Source of the DNA: an uncultured Acidimicrobiia bacterium
Lineage (GTDB): Bacteria > Actinomycetota > Acidimicrobiia > Spongiisociales > UBA5794
Assembly: GCA_963714055.1 (NCBI GenBank)
Contig: OY970227.1
Coordinates: 298,085-362,084, forward strand
DNA: 64,000 bases
Direction: 5' to 3'
The position numbers and the translations under genes were made by a program. This document shows, piece by piece, positions 1 to 11,310 of this stretch. Numbering within the stretch: position 1 is the stretch's first letter; each line of letters opens with the position of its first letter. The notes under the pieces were generated by a model that had not been told where the DNA came from, did not search any database, and saw only the letters and a list, made by a program, of their open reading frames with translations.

Positions 1-2
1 TG

Positions 3-1190
3 ACGTCGCCGGGCGAGGCGGGCCTGCAGACCCTTCTCCTCACGTGTCGATCGGGAGGGGCGATCTCGCTGGGAGGCGCCACCGAGGTCGAGGTGGTGAA
101 CGCGGACGACGCCGGCCTGGTCGGCTGGCGGGAGGTCGTCGTCGCCGGCAACGGTGTGGCCATCGACAGCGTGGCGCCCTCGACCAGCCCGAGCGACCTG
201 CTGCGGGCCTATCCCGAGGGCCAGGTGAGCGACGTCCGCCGAGCTGTCGCCACGGTCACCCCGGACGGCTCCCCGGCAGGGTCCACCCGGGACGGTTCGG
301 AGGCGACCGCCGGGGACCTGGCGGCGGCAGGCGAGAGCGCCCCTCCTGTGGTGGGCGCTCTCGGGGAGCTCGTCGGTGGCGCATCGGCAGGGGGGACCGG
401 GCTCGCCGTCGCCGCCGCCTTCGCCCTCGGGCTCGCCCATGCCCTGGCGCCGGGCCACGGCAAAGCGCTGATGGCCGCCTATCTCGTCGGGCGCTCCGGC
501 ACCGTCCGCCACGCCGTCGGGATCGGCGCCTCGGTGGCCGTCTCCCATACCCTCGGCGTCGCCGTGCTCGGCCTGCTGACGCTGGCGGCCTCGTCGACCT
601 TCGAGCCGTCCGCCGTCTACCCGTGGCTCTCGGTGGGCGCCGGCGTGGTCGTCCTGGCTCTCGGCGGTTCGTTGCTGGCCCGCGCCGGTACCCGGGTGCT
701 CGCCCACCGGCGCGGCGGGCAAGGCCACAGCCATGCCGATGGCCATGGGCACAGCCACCACCATGACCGGGGACACGATCATGGCCACGCCCATGACGGC
801 GCCCACGGGCACAGCCACGGCCAAACGCACGGGCACGACCACGGCCCCAGCGATGTGACCGGCTCGGGGTGGAAGTCGTTCGCCGCCCTCGGCCTGTCCG
901 GTGGCCTCGTCCCCTCGGCGTCGGCGGTGGTTCTGTTGCTCGGGGCGGTCCACCTCGGCAGGGTCGGGCTCGGCCTCGTCCTCGTGGCCGCCTTCGGAGG
1001 GGGAATGGCCTTCGCCCTCACCGGCGTCGGGATGCTGGTGGTACTGGTTCGGTCCCGCGGAGCCCGCCTGCTGCCCGACCGGGTCAGCCCCCTCCTCGCA
1101 ACGGCCCTGCCCGTCGTCATGGGGATCGTGGTGCTCGGTGCCGGGGTCTACATGACCTGGAGCGCGGTCGCCGATGTCGGCGCGCTGTGA
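3..1190 (+). CDS. Ni/Co transporter (HoxN/NixA/RcnA-like), 5' truncated by window
   Basis: LGLAHALAPGHGKALMAAY motif, His-rich loop (17 His), GLSGGLVPSASA motif, several TM helices; frame is open from position 3. Confidence 0.8.
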   Translation, partial: TSPGEAGLQTLLLTCRSGGAISLGGATEVEVVNADDAGLVGWREVVVAGNGVAIDSVAPSTSPSDLLRAYPEGQVSDVRRAVATVTPDGSPAGSTRDGSEATAGDLAAAGESAPPVVGALGELVGGASAGGTGLAVAAAFALGLAHALAPGHGKALMAAYLVGRSGTVRHAVGIGASVAVSHTLGVAVLGLLTLAASSTFEPSAVYPWLSVGAGVVVLALGGSLLARAGTRVLAHRRGGQGHSHADGHGHSHHHDRGHDHGHAHDGAHGHSHGQTHGHDHGPSDVTGSGWKSFAALGLSGGLVPSASAVVLLLGAVHLGRVGLGLVLVAAFGGGMAFALTGVGMLVVLVRSRGARLLPDRVSPLLATALPVVMGIVVLGAGVYMTWSAVADVGAL

Positions 1191-1279
1191 CCGCCGGCGC
1201 CACTGCGCCCGTCGTCCCCGGGTGGCGGGCGGTGTGCCGGGCGGTCGTCGACGTCACGAGTAGGCTCACCACCCCTGGC

Positions 1280-1843
1280 ATGCCCGACACTCCCCCGTCC
1301 CTCGAGGAGCTGATGGTGGCTGTCGCCGGTGGCGACGCCGCCGCCTTCGGCGATCTCTACGACCGGGTCGCCGGCCTCGTGTACGGGATCGTCCTCCGGG
1401 TGGTCCGTGACCCGGCGCAGAGCGAGGAGGTCGCCCAAGACGTGATGGCGGAGATGTGGCGGACCGCCGGGCGCTTCGACCCTGCCCGCGGTGGCGTCAA
1501 GGGGTGGATCGCCGTCATCGCGCACCGGAGGGCCGTCGACTTGGTTCGCAGCGTGCAGAAGGGCCGGGACCGGGCTCGCACCTACGGGATCGTCGCCGCC
1601 GCCGGCGCCCACTACGACAGCGTCGAGGCGGAGGCCATCGTCCACGCCGAGCACGACCAGGTGCGCTCCGCCCTCGGCGAGCTGAGCGCCAGCCAGCGGG
1701 AGGCGATCGAGCTGGCCTACTACGACGGGCTCACCTACCGGCAGGTAGCCGAGCGCATCGGCGCCCCGGTGGGCACCGTGAAGACGAGGATGCGGGACGG
1801 GCTCAGCCGCCTTCGCACGATCCTGGGGACTGCCGGTGGCTGA
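1280..1843 (+). CDS. sigK: ECF sigma factor, SigK-like
   Basis: Region 2 (SEEVAQDV..WRTAGRFDP..GW..IAHRRAVD) and region 4 (QREAIELAYYDGLTYRQVA..GTVKTRMRDGL); overlaps the anti-sigma gene. Confidence 0.85.
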   Translation: MPDTPPSLEELMVAVAGGDAAAFGDLYDRVAGLVYGIVLRVVRDPAQSEEVAQDVMAEMWRTAGRFDPARGGVKGWIAVIAHRRAVDLVRSVQKGRDRARTYGIVAAAGAHYDSVEAEAIVHAEHDQVRSALGELSASQREAIELAYYDGLTYRQVAERIGAPVGTVKTRMRDGLSRLRTILGTAGG

Positions 1844-2564
1844 CGCCGACCTCCACGAGCTCGCCGCGGCCTACGCCCTCGATGCCCTCGACGCCGAGCA
1901 ACGGGTGCTCTTCGAAGGGCACCTCGACACCTGCGACGCCTGCCGGCGCCATGTCGACGAGGCCTGGGCCGCCCTGGCCGAGCTCGGCGACCTGGGGGCT
2001 GTCCCGCCGCCGCCGGCGATGCGCCCAGCGGTCATGGAGCGCATCGCGGCCACTCCACAGGAGAGCCCGGGCACCGACCGGGCGGCCGTCCACCCGATAC
2101 CCGACCTCCCACCCGAGGCCGTCCCGGCGGACCGACGCCCGGCACGCTGGGCGGCGGCCGTGGCCATCGCGGCCGCCGCCGTCGTCGGGGCGCTGCTCCT
2201 CGTCGACACCGGCACCGACGTCGAGGACGTGCTCGCCGCCCCCGACGCGGTCACCGTGCCGGTGGAGAGCGAGGTGGTGCCCGACGGCGCCCTGGTGTTC
2301 TCCCCCGAGCTCGGGCGTGGGGTGTTCACCGCCGGCTCCCTGCCCGCCGTGGACGAGGACGAGACCTACCAGCTCTGGTTGATCGAGGGCGAGACTCCGG
2401 CACCCGCCGGCGTGTTCGTGCCGGACGAAGACGGGGACGTCGAGGTGCTCCTCGACGGGGACGTCGCCGCCGGCCAGGTCCTCGGTCTGACCGTCGAGCC
2501 GGCCGGCGGCAGCGACAGCCCTACCGGCGAGATCCTCGTCGCCACACCGATCGGGGAGGCTTGA
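1836..2564 (+). CDS. rskA: Anti-sigma factor, RskA-like, with zinc-binding HxxxCxxC
   Basis: AAAYALDAL..HLDTCDAC, one TM helix, C-terminal TYQLW..PAGVF..LTVEPAGGS..PT. Confidence 0.85.
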   Translation: MADADLHELAAAYALDALDAEQRVLFEGHLDTCDACRRHVDEAWAALAELGDLGAVPPPPAMRPAVMERIAATPQESPGTDRAAVHPIPDLPPEAVPADRRPARWAAAVAIAAAAVVGALLLVDTGTDVEDVLAAPDAVTVPVESEVVPDGALVFSPELGRGVFTAGSLPAVDEDETYQLWLIEGETPAPAGVFVPDEDGDVEVLLDGDVAAGQVLGLTVEPAGGSDSPTGEILVATPIGEA

Positions 2565-2616
2565 CGGCCGGTCCCGCTCGCCGCGGCAACTCGGCCCCGG
2601 TCGACCCTGACCAGGC

Positions 2617-5131
2617 TCACAGCCCCCCGGCGGAGACCACGCCGCGATCGACGAGGCGGATGGCCTCGGCGGCGTCCTCGCTGAGCTCGGGAAAGACGTC
2701 GCGGACCTGGCGGAGCAGGTCCAAGGTCTGGCGAGCCAGCCGGACGAAGTCGCCGGCCGACGACTCCTCGTCGAACAGGTCCTCGAGGCTGGCTCCGCTC
2801 GCCCAACGATGGATCCGCTCCACGTAGCCGTCGTCGGGTGGGCGCATCGGCTCGATGCCCCTACGCGTTCTCGTCGGCGGACAGCTCCTCGCCCAACTCG
2901 AAGATGGCGTCCACCGAGTCGGCGCAGGCGGGTGTGGGCATTCCGCCGGGGACGTCGCCGCGACGGCTCTCGTACACGAAGACGGAGAGGACCGCAGCCA
3001 GCTCGGCCGGGGTCAGGTGGTCGAGGATCCGCTCGTGGGCGGTCTCGGCCACCAGCAGGTCGAGCTCGTTGTAGATGAACCGGAGCCGCTCGCCCCGCTC
3101 GGTCAACGCCCAGCCCTTCGTGTAGCCGCGGTGATCGAGCACCGCCAAGCCGGTGCGGAACCGCTCGACCAGGTCGTCGCCGCCCCGCTCGAGGGCCCGC
3201 TCGATGCGGTCGATCTGAGCACGCACCCGGGCCGCCCGCTCCAGGCCGGCGAGGTGGTCGGCGAGATCGGGGCAGGTGGCGACCGGGCCGAGGCGATCGG
3301 CGGTCCTTTCGACCGGCTCGGCCGGCTCGAACTCGGCCAGCAGCCTCGCCACCTGGCGGGCGAACGCCTTCTCCTTGGGCCGCCATGGCTCGGGGAGCGC
3401 CAGTGTTCCCCGTTCGACGGTGGCCGGTGGCAGGTCCCCTGCAGGCAGCCGCCGGGTTCGCCCCGTGGCATCCACCAGCAGCAGCCGGGGATTCGGGCCG
3501 TACCCGCGCGCCAGCAGCACCATTCGCCGCCCGGCGCCGAGCTCGATCACCGAGCCCTCCACCAGGCCCTGGGCGAAGTCGGCCATCCGCCGACCGGCAT
3601 CGGCGGCACTCTCCGCATAGGCGGCGACGTCCCCGAGTTCGCAGCGGGCTTGTTCCTCCAGGTCGGCCAGCTGGGACCGGAGGTCATCGACCCGGGCCGT
3701 TTCCTGTTGGCGACGCCGCTGGTACCGGTGCTGGGCGAACGACGCCCGCACCAGGTCCTCGGCGCGGTGGCGGGGGTACGTGGCCACCAGGTTCACCGCC
3801 ATGTTGTAGGTGGGCGTGAAGCTCGAAACCAAAGGGTGGCTGCCCTGGGCGGCGATCGAAGCCACCCGGTCGAACGGGATCTCGGCCTGGTGCAGCACCA
3901 CCGCGGTGCCGGCCCGATCGATGCCGCGCCTGCCCGCCCGTCCGGTCAGCTGGGTGTAGTCGCCGGGGCGGAGCACCTCGTGGGACTCGCCGTCGAACTT
4001 GGAGAGACGCTCCAGTACGACGGCCTTCGCCGGCATGTTGATCCCCAACGCCAGCGTCTCGGTGGCGAACACCACCTTGATCAACCCGGCGGCGAACAGG
4101 GTCTCCACGGTCTCCTTGAACGCCGGGACCATCCCGGCGTGGTGTGCCGCCACCCCCTCCTCCAGGTCGGCCACCCACCGGTCGAACCCGAGGACGGCGA
4201 GGTCGGCCGGGTCGAGGTGGGCGGTGCCGGAGTGGGCGGTCCGCACGATCTCCGCCCGTTCGGCGGCGGTGGTCAACCCCGGCTTGGCCCCCGCCACATG
4301 GGTTGCCGCGTCGCCGCACCCCGCCCGGGAGAAGATGAAGTAGATGGCAGGGAGCATCCCCAGCCGGGACAGCTCCTCCACCACCCGGAGCCGGCGAGGC
4401 GCCACGAACCGCCGGAAGCGGCCCCGTCCCTTGCGGAGCATGGACACCACCGCCGGGTTGGGCCGCTTCCCCGAGCGGTCGAAGACGGGGAACATCTCGA
4501 GCACCCGCTCGCGGTGGCGGTCCTCGACCATGTACACGCTCTCCAGCGGGACCGGGCGGTGTCTCTCCTCGACGAGCACCGTCTCGCCGCGGCGCGCCTC
4601 GACCCACTCGGTGAGCTCGTCGGCGTTGGCGACCGTCGCCGACAGGCTGACCAGCTGGATGTGGCGGGGCAGGTGGATGATCACTTCCTCCCACACCGAG
4701 CCCCGGTAGCGGTCCTGCAGGAAGTGGACCTCGTCCAGCACCACCACCGCCAACCCGTCGAGTCGTGACGAGTCGGCGTAGATCATGTTGCGCAGCACCT
4801 CGGTGGTCATCACGACGGTGGGGGCGTCGCCGTTGACGACGTTGTCGCCGGTGAGCAGGCCGACGCCGGCCTCGCCGTACGTGGATACCAGATCGCCGTA
4901 CTTCTGGTTGGAGAGCGCCTTGATGGGAGTGGTGTAGAAGGCGCGGGCCCGACGACGGCGGGCCAGCTCCACCGCCGCCTCGGCGACCAGGGTCTTCCCC
5001 GCTCCCGTCGGGGCGGTGACCACCACCGACCTGCCCGCCTCGACGTGGCCGATCGCCTCCAGCTGGAAGGCGTCGGGTGTGAAGGGGAGGCTCGCCACCC
5101 AGTCGGCGAGGTCTCCGGTCCTCGTGCTCAC
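2617..5131 (-). CDS. helY: Ski2-like DEAD/DEAH helicase HelY (frameshift near 2861)
   Basis: APTGAGKT, TTPIKALSNQK, DEVH, SAT, ATETLALGINMPA, GRAGRRG; DSHCT tail (AGDFVR..LDLLRQ..RGVV) continues in another frame; follows tatC as in other actinobacteria. Confidence 0.85.
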
Positions 5132-5841
5132 TTCTTGAGCCCGAAGCGGATGGCGAGGATCGTCGCCTCGTAGAGGATGTAGAGCGGTCCGGCGAGCAGG
5201 ACCAGGGTCAGCGGATCTCCCCCTGGGGTGAGCAGAGCCGAGCCCACAAGGATGACGGTCACCGCCCAGCGCCGCCACGAGCGCAGGGTTCGTGAGGTGA
5301 CGACACCCGCCGCTCCGGCGGCGAACAGGAACACCGGGAACAGGAAGGCGAGCCCGAAGGCGAGCAGGAAGCGCATGGCGAACCGGAGGTAGTACTCGGC
5401 GCCGATGACGGGGTCGAGGATGTCGGAGCCGATGCCGAGCAACAGCCGGAGCGTCATCGGCAGCGCCAGGTACCCGACCACCACACCGACGGTGAACAGC
5501 ACGGCGAGGACGATGGAGAGCGGCACGGCGAACTTCCGCTCCCGCGGTGTCAGCGCCGGACTGATGAACCCCCACGTCTGACCGATCAACACCGGCGAGG
5601 CGATGACCACGCCCCCGAAGAGCGCCACCCTCAGCACGAGCGTGAAGGCCTCGGCGGGCTGGAAGAAGGCGAGGCGGTCCCCGCCGACCGCCTCCAGGTA
5701 GGGCTCGGCGAGGATGTCGAGGAGCTGCTCGTAGAAGATCGCCGCCACCACGGTGCCGATGGTGATGGCGACGACGGAGACGATCAGCCGCCGGCGCAAC
5801 TCGACCAGGTGGTCCATGAATGTCATCGGGCCGTCGGTCAT
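5128..5841 (-). CDS. tatC: Twin-arginine translocase subunit TatC
   Basis: MTFMDHLVELRRRL, FISPALTPRER, TPGGDPLT; multi-TM. Confidence 0.92.
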   Translation of the reverse strand: MTDGPMTFMDHLVELRRRLIVSVVAITIGTVVAAIFYEQLLDILAEPYLEAVGGDRLAFFQPAEAFTLVLRVALFGGVVIASPVLIGQTWGFISPALTPRERKFAVPLSIVLAVLFTVGVVVGYLALPMTLRLLLGIGSDILDPVIGAEYYLRFAMRFLLAFGLAFLFPVFLFAAGAAGVVTSRTLRSWRRWAVTVILVGSALLTPGGDPLTLVLLAGPLYILYEATILAIRFGLKK

Positions 5842-6239
5842 GTCGGAGGCGACGTGCTCCCTGTCGCCGGCGGGTCGGGGGCGCCGGGCGGGTCGTCACC
5901 CGGCCCTTCGACTCCCGGCTCGTCGATTCTCTCCTCGGGACCCGGCGGTGCCGGCGCACGACTCGGGTTGCGGGTCGGGGCGATGTCGTCCAGGTTGGGG
6001 ATGGCGGCTCTCAGGTCCGCCTTGGCGGCGCGCAGGTCGCGGTCGATGTCGGCGAGCGGCTTGGCCAGCTCCTCGGTGCTCGCCGTCAACTCCTGGCGCA
6101 CGTTACCGGCGGCTTGGCGCAGCTTGGCCACCGCCATCCCCGCCTTGCGGGCCAGTTCGGGCAGCCGGTGGGGCCCGAAGACGATGAGGATGATCACCGA
6201 GATGGTGATGATCTCCGACAGCGTCAGGTTGGCGTTCAC
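5838..6239 (-). CDS. Twin-arginine translocase TatA/TatB family subunit
   Basis: TM helix then FGPHRLPELAR, amphipathic helix, acidic Pro-rich tail; directly upstream of tatC. Confidence 0.85.
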   Translation of the reverse strand: MNANLTLSEIITISVIILIVFGPHRLPELARKAGMAVAKLRQAAGNVRQELTASTEELAKPLADIDRDLRAAKADLRAAIPNLDDIAPTRNPSRAPAPPGPEERIDEPGVEGPGDDPPGAPDPPATGSTSPPT

Positions 6240-6332
6240 CGTGCCGATGGTAGGACGGGAGTCGCCCCCGACCGGTCCCCCGGTGTGCCCATGGCGGTCC
6301 CCTGTGGATCTGTCGGAGCCCGGCTCCGCCGG

Positions 6333-7268
6333 TCAAGCCCGGTAGCGAGCCAGGATCCTGGTGCGGAGGTCGGCGACGGCGTCTGCGACCTCGGTACCCC
6401 GCAGCAGCTCAGCATCGCTCCCGAGACGAAGCAGCAGCCGGGCGGCCACCGAGGCGTCGCCGGCGAAGAAGCGGATGGTGGCGGACCCGCCCTCGCCCTC
6501 GTCGGCGAGGAGGTCCACCGGGTAGTAGTCGACGACCCACCGGGCGCGGCGGCCGAGACGGATCTCGCACACCACGTCGTCGTCCCCGCGGTTGTACGAC
6601 ACCAGCGGGGGCGGGATCTCTGCAGGAGGCTCGAAGCGATCCCCGGTCGTGCGCAGGTCCCGGATGCGGTCGATGCGGAACACCCGCTCGTCCCGGGCGA
6701 GCCGGCAATGCCCGGTCACGTACCAGTTGCCCAGCGTGGAGAACACCAGCCACGGCTCGACGTCCCGTTCGGTGGTGCGGTCACCGGCGATGGCGGTGTA
6801 CACCAGGTGCACCACCCTGTGGTCGGCCGCCGCCCGACGGAGCTCTCCGACCATGCCCGGCTCGGGGAGGTCGACGGTGAGCACCTCGCCGGCGTCGGGG
6901 AAGATCGCCGCCACCAGCTTGTCGACCGCACGCCGCAACGCCTCGGGAGCCTCGCCGGTGGAGAGCATCGCCAACCCCGAGGCGATCAGGCTGAGCGCTT
7001 CGGGAGCGGTGAGCTGGACCGGGTCGGCGAAGTAGTCGGCCATCTCGATGACCACCTCGTCGTCGTCGATGTAGGCGACCATCAGGTCGTCGGGCCCGTA
7101 ACCCGGAAGACCGCACACGAAGAGCAGGTTGAGGTCGGCGGCCAGTGCCCGGCGGTCGTAGCCGAATCGCGTGCAGACCTCGTCGACGGTCGACCCGGGA
7201 TGGGCGATCACCCAGGGCAGCATCCCGAGCAGCCGGTTGAGCCGGCCGGCGGTGCGGATACTGGTCAT
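6333..7268 (-). CDS. pafC: WYL-domain transcriptional activator PafC
   Basis: RLNRLLGMLPW HTH, CGLPGYGPDDL, WYVTGHC..RVFRIDRI; position after pafB. Confidence 0.9.
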   Translation of the reverse strand: MTSIRTAGRLNRLLGMLPWVIAHPGSTVDEVCTRFGYDRRALAADLNLLFVCGLPGYGPDDLMVAYIDDDEVVIEMADYFADPVQLTAPEALSLIASGLAMLSTGEAPEALRRAVDKLVAAIFPDAGEVLTVDLPEPGMVGELRRAAADHRVVHLVYTAIAGDRTTERDVEPWLVFSTLGNWYVTGHCRLARDERVFRIDRIRDLRTTGDRFEPPAEIPPPLVSYNRGDDDVVCEIRLGRRARWVVDYYPVDLLADEGEGGSATIRFFAGDASVAARLLLRLGSDAELLRGTEVADAVADLRTRILARYRA

Positions 7269-8185
7269 CCGGCGACCCTGGTGACGAGCCGCTGCCGGAG
7301 CTCGACCGGGGCGACTATCTCGGCGCGGTCCTCGAACGACAGGACCCAGCCGATCAACGCCTCCGGGTTGGCCACCCGCAGCCGCAACTCGAGCCCGCCG
7401 TCGGGGAGCCGGGTCACCGTGGCCGGGTCGTGGACCTGGCGCTCCGCCCACCAGGCCAGATCGGGGTCGATGCGCACCACCGCCGTGGTCTCCGCGTCGG
7501 CGCCCGCCTCCCAGGGGGCGTCGGGCACGAAGCCGGCGGCGGAGAAGTCCTCGGGTCGGTCGAAGGCGGCGCGGGGGCCGGTGACGCGCACCGGCGCCGC
7601 CCGATCGAGGCGGTAGAGCTTGACGACGCTGTCGTCGCGCTCCGGTCCGATGAGATACCAGTGACCGCGCCGATGGGCCAGCCCGAACGGTGCCACCACC
7701 CGTTCCCGCCCCCGGTAGTCGAAGGCGAGGTGGCGGCGCTCGGAAACGGCCAGGAACACCACGGCCAGGTCGCCCTCGCTGGTCCCCAGGTCGGCGGCGA
7801 GCGGCTCCCCGGCAGGCGCCAGCGGGGTGCCGCCCAGCTTGAACATGGCGTCGGGCCCGGAAGACCGTCCCCCCATCCGCACCACCTGGGCAGCCAGCCA
7901 CAGCGCCGCCCGCTCGTCGTCGGTCAGTCCCGGGTCGGGGAAGTCGGGATCCTCCTTCACGGTGTACCCGTGCTCGACCTCCCAGGCGTCGGTGGGACGC
8001 AGCTCCAACCGGAAGCCGAGGCTCCGCAGGAGGTCCTTGTCGCGCTCGAAGGTGCGACGGAACGCCTCGTCGCTGTCTCCGTTGTAGCCGGCCACCGTGT
8101 GCCTGATCTCGTCGGCGGTCACCGGCCGTCCCACGGTCAGCAGGAACGCCAGCAGGTTCAGGATCCGCTCGATGACCTTCTGCAT
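7265..8185 (-). CDS. pafB: WYL-domain transcriptional activator PafB
   Basis: ERILNLL, AFRRTFERDKDLLR, HWYLIG..YRLDR; position after pafA. Confidence 0.9.
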   Translation of the reverse strand: MQKVIERILNLLAFLLTVGRPVTADEIRHTVAGYNGDSDEAFRRTFERDKDLLRSLGFRLELRPTDAWEVEHGYTVKEDPDFPDPGLTDDERAALWLAAQVVRMGGRSSGPDAMFKLGGTPLAPAGEPLAADLGTSEGDLAVVFLAVSERRHLAFDYRGRERVVAPFGLAHRRGHWYLIGPERDDSVVKLYRLDRAAPVRVTGPRAAFDRPEDFSAAGFVPDAPWEAGADAETTAVVRIDPDLAWWAERQVHDPATVTRLPDGGLELRLRVANPEALIGWVLSFEDRAEIVAPVELRQRLVTRVAG

Positions 8186-8249
8186 CGCTCGCCAGCGTAT
8201 CGACACCCCGACACCCGGGGAAGCACCCGGTGAGCGGCGTGCGGACGGG

Positions 8250-9605
8250 TCAGAGGCCGCCGATCAGCTTGTCGACCCGCTCGTCGACGGCACGGAACGG
8301 GTCCTTGCACAGCACGGTGCGCTGCGCCTGGTCGTTGAGCTTGAGGTGGACCCAGTCGACGGTGAAGTCCCGCTTGCGGGCCTTCGCCGCCTTGATGAAC
8401 GCCCCGCGCAGCCGGGCCCTGGTGGTCGCCGGCGGCTCGGTCTGCGCCTTCTCCACCATCTCGTCGGTGACCACCCGCTCCACCAGGCCGCGCCGCTCCA
8501 GCAGGTAGTAGAGGCCACGCTCGCGTTTCACGTCGTGGTAGGCGAGGTCGACCAGCGCCAGGCGGGGATCCGACATGGGCGTCGACCGCTCCTCGACGAA
8601 CCGCTCGATCAGGCGGTGCTTGGCCACCCAGTCGCACTCGCGGTGGAGACTGAGCGGGTCCTTCTCCAGCCCGGTGAGCAGGTACTCCCACATCTCGATG
8701 GCGTTCTCCACCTGGGCGGGGAACCCGACGGTGCGGCCGTAGCGCATCGCCCGCTCCAGGTACTCCCACTGGATGTCGAGCGCCGAGAGCTCCCGTCCGT
8801 TGGCCAGCCGCACCCGACGCCGGCACGTGATGTCGTGGGAGATCTCCCGGATGGCCCGGATCGGGTTCTCCAGGCTGAGGTCGCGGAACACCACGTCGTC
8901 CTCGAGCATCTGGAGCAGCGCCGCCGCCGTTCCCACCTTGACCAGGGTGACGTACTCCGACATGTTGGAGTCGCCGGCGATGACGTGGAGTCGGCGGTAC
9001 CGCTCGGCGTCTGCGTGGGGCTCGTCCCGGGTGTTGATGATGGGCCGGCTCCGGGTGGTTGCCGACGAGATGCCCTCCCAGATGTGCTCGGCCCGCTGCG
9101 ACAGGCAGAACACGGTCCCCCGGGCGGTCTGCAGCAGCTTCCCGGCGCCGGCGTAGATCTGGCGGGTGACGAAGAACGGGATCAGGGTGTCGATCACCCG
9201 CTGGAAGTCGCCGTGGCGGCCCACCAGGTAGTTCTCGTGGCACCCGTAGGAGTTGCCCGCCGAGTCGGTGTTGTTCTTGAACAGGTAGATCTGCCCCCGG
9301 ATCCCCTCCTCCTCGAGCCGCTGCTCCGCAGAGGTGAGCAGGCTCTCCAGGATCCGCTCGCCCGCCTTGTCGTGGGCGACCAGGTCGAGCAGGCTGTCGC
9401 ATTCGGGTGTGGCGTATTCGGGGTGGCTGCCCACGTCGAGGTAGAGCCTGGCGCCGTTCTCGAGGAACACGTTGGAGGACCGCCCCCACGACACCACCCG
9501 CCGGAACAGGTAGCGGGCCACCTCGTCGGGTGACAGGCGGCGCTGGCCGCGCAGCGTGCAGGTGACCCCGTACTCGGTCTCGATTCCGTAGATGCGACGC
9601 TGCAT
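8250..9605 (-). CDS. pafA: Pup-protein ligase
   Basis: [67 protein letters not shown]. Confidence 0.97.
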   Translation of the reverse strand: MQRRIYGIETEYGVTCTLRGQRRLSPDEVARYLFRRVVSWGRSSNVFLENGARLYLDVGSHPEYATPECDSLLDLVAHDKAGERILESLLTSAEQRLEEEGIRGQIYLFKNNTDSAGNSYGCHENYLVGRHGDFQRVIDTLIPFFVTRQIYAGAGKLLQTARGTVFCLSQRAEHIWEGISSATTRSRPIINTRDEPHADAERYRRLHVIAGDSNMSEYVTLVKVGTAAALLQMLEDDVVFRDLSLENPIRAIREISHDITCRRRVRLANGRELSALDIQWEYLERAMRYGRTVGFPAQVENAIEMWEYLLTGLEKDPLSLHRECDWVAKHRLIERFVEERSTPMSDPRLALVDLAYHDVKRERGLYYLLERRGLVERVVTDEMVEKAQTEPPATTRARLRGAFIKAAKARKRDFTVDWVHLKLNDQAQRTVLCKDPFRAVDERVDKLIGGL

Positions 9606-9622
9606 CGTCGCACAGTACCCAG

Positions 9623-10318
9623 CTAGGGGGCTTCGACGTTCCGTGCGGTGGCGATGTCGTCGGCGGTGAGCCGGCGGAACTTGCGACGTCCCCGGGTCCG
9701 GTCGAGCACCGCCGCCTCCCAGTCGACCGGCTCGACGGTGTGCTGCTCGGCCTCCTCGATGGCGGACGTCGCCAACCGCACCGCCCCGGCCAGGTCGACC
9801 TCGGGCGCCCACCCCGCAGCGAGTACCTCGGCGACCTTGGCGTCGTTGCCGCCCATGGCGCCGAAGTCGGCCATGGCGGCGAGCGTCCCGTCGAACTGGA
9901 TACGGAACATGTTGGTGCCGTCGTGACTGTCGCTGCCGATCTCGGCCACCATCAGCTCGATCTCGTAGGGCTTCAGCTCGTGGATGAAGATCTGGCCGAG
10001 CGTCTGGCTGTAGGCGTTGGCCAGCCCGCGGGCGGTGACGTCCATCCGCCCGTATGAGTAGCCCTTGATGTCGGCGTAGCGGACCCCTGCGGTGCGGAGC
10101 ATCTCGAACTCGTTGAACCGGCCCACCCCGGCGAAGGCGATGCGGTCGTAGATCTCGCCCAGCTTGTGGAGCGATCCGCTCGGGTTCTCCCCGATGAGCA
10201 ACACCCCGTCGACGTAGGTGCACACGGCGATGGGACGTCCTCGGGCGATTCCCTTGCGGGCGAAGTCGGCGCGCTCCTTGGTGAGCTGCTCGGGCGGGAC
10301 GTAGAACGGGCTGGTCAC
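9623..10318 (-). CDS. prcA: 20S proteasome alpha subunit
   Basis: [40 protein letters not shown]; GTG start overlaps the expected prcB TGA. Confidence 0.93.
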   Translation of the reverse strand: MTSPFYVPPEQLTKERADFARKGIARGRPIAVCTYVDGVLLIGENPSGSLHKLGEIYDRIAFAGVGRFNEFEMLRTAGVRYADIKGYSYGRMDVTARGLANAYSQTLGQIFIHELKPYEIELMVAEIGSDSHDGTNMFRIQFDGTLAAMADFGAMGGNDAKVAEVLAAGWAPEVDLAGAVRLATSAIEEAEQHTVEPVDWEAAVLDRTRGRRKFRRLTADDIATARNVEAP

Positions 10319-11125
10319 GGCCGGGCCTCGAGCACGTCGGCGGCGATGCCGGCGCAGCCGGTCGTCACCGACCTCGGTGAGCCCGTCGACCGTCACGGTG
10401 ACGACGTTGGGGTAGATGCCTCGTTTCACGTCAGGCCCGCCGGTGGCGACGTCCTCCTCGGCGGCGGCGACCAGCGCCTCCACCGCCATCCGGAGCGCGG
10501 TGTCCTCGTCGAGGTCGGTCCGGTACGACGCCTTGAGGAACGCCCTTGCCTCGTTGCCTCCAGAGCCGGTGCTTGCGTAGTCCTGCTCCAGGTAGCGGCC
10601 CCCGACCACGTCGAACGAGTACAGGGCGCCGCTCCCCGTGGTCTCGTCGAAGCCGCAGAAGAGCGGCACCACCGCCAGCCCCTGGAAGGCGAGGGGCAGG
10701 TGGCCGCGCACCATCCTGGCGAGGTAGTTGGCCTTCCCTTCGAGCGACAGCCTGGTGCCCTCGATCTTCTCGTAGTGCTCCAGCTCCAGCTGGAACAGCC
10801 GGATCAGCTCGATGGCGAGCCCGGCGGTCCCGGCGATGGCGACCGCCGAGTATTCGTCGGCGGGAAAGACCTTCTGCACCCGCTTGTGGGCGATGTAGTT
10901 GCCGGAGGTGGCGCGACGGTCACCGGCCATCACCACGCCGTCGGAGTACTTCAGGGCCAGCACCGTCGTCCCCTCGGGGACCTCGGGGAAGGTGCCGGTC
11001 TCGGGGATCCGCCAGCGGGGAGCCAGCCCCCGTTGGTCGAGCAGCGAAGCGAAGCTGGCGTCGAGGCTGGGGGGCTCGAGGGGGAGGACCGGGCGGGTGC
11101 CGAGCTCGTCCCTGCTGCGGCTCAC
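10315..11125 (-). CDS. prcB: 20S proteasome beta subunit (extra base near 10350 reads it into prcA)
   Basis: Propeptide then G-TTVLAL..AGDRRAT catalytic Thr, [29 protein letters not shown]. Confidence 0.93.
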
Positions 11126-11310
11126 TCGCCGCCCTTCTGGACGTAGTTCTTCACGAACTCCTCGGCGTTCTCCTCGAGCACCGAGTCGATCTCCTCGAGG
11201 AGATCGTCGATCTTCTCGGTCAACTCGTCGGCCTGCTCGGCAGGCGCGCTCTCGTCGATCTCCTCCTGGCGGCCCGGTGCCGGCGTCTGCTTGCGTTCCT
11301 GCTCAGCCAT
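11122..11310 (-). CDS. pup: Prokaryotic ubiquitin-like protein Pup (ends GGE)
   Basis: [29 protein letters not shown]. Confidence 0.98.
   Translation of the reverse strand: MAEQERKQTPAPGRQEEIDESAPAEQADELTEKIDDLLEEIDSVLEENAEEFVKNYVQKGGE

Noticed and set aside
2840-2870. Programmed frameshift or readthrough in helY and other split genes
   Set aside because: No slippery sequences shared between the sites; random indel error explains them
6333-8185. WYL genes as markers of a phage-defence island
   Set aside because: They are pafB and pafC in their standard position between pafA and tat
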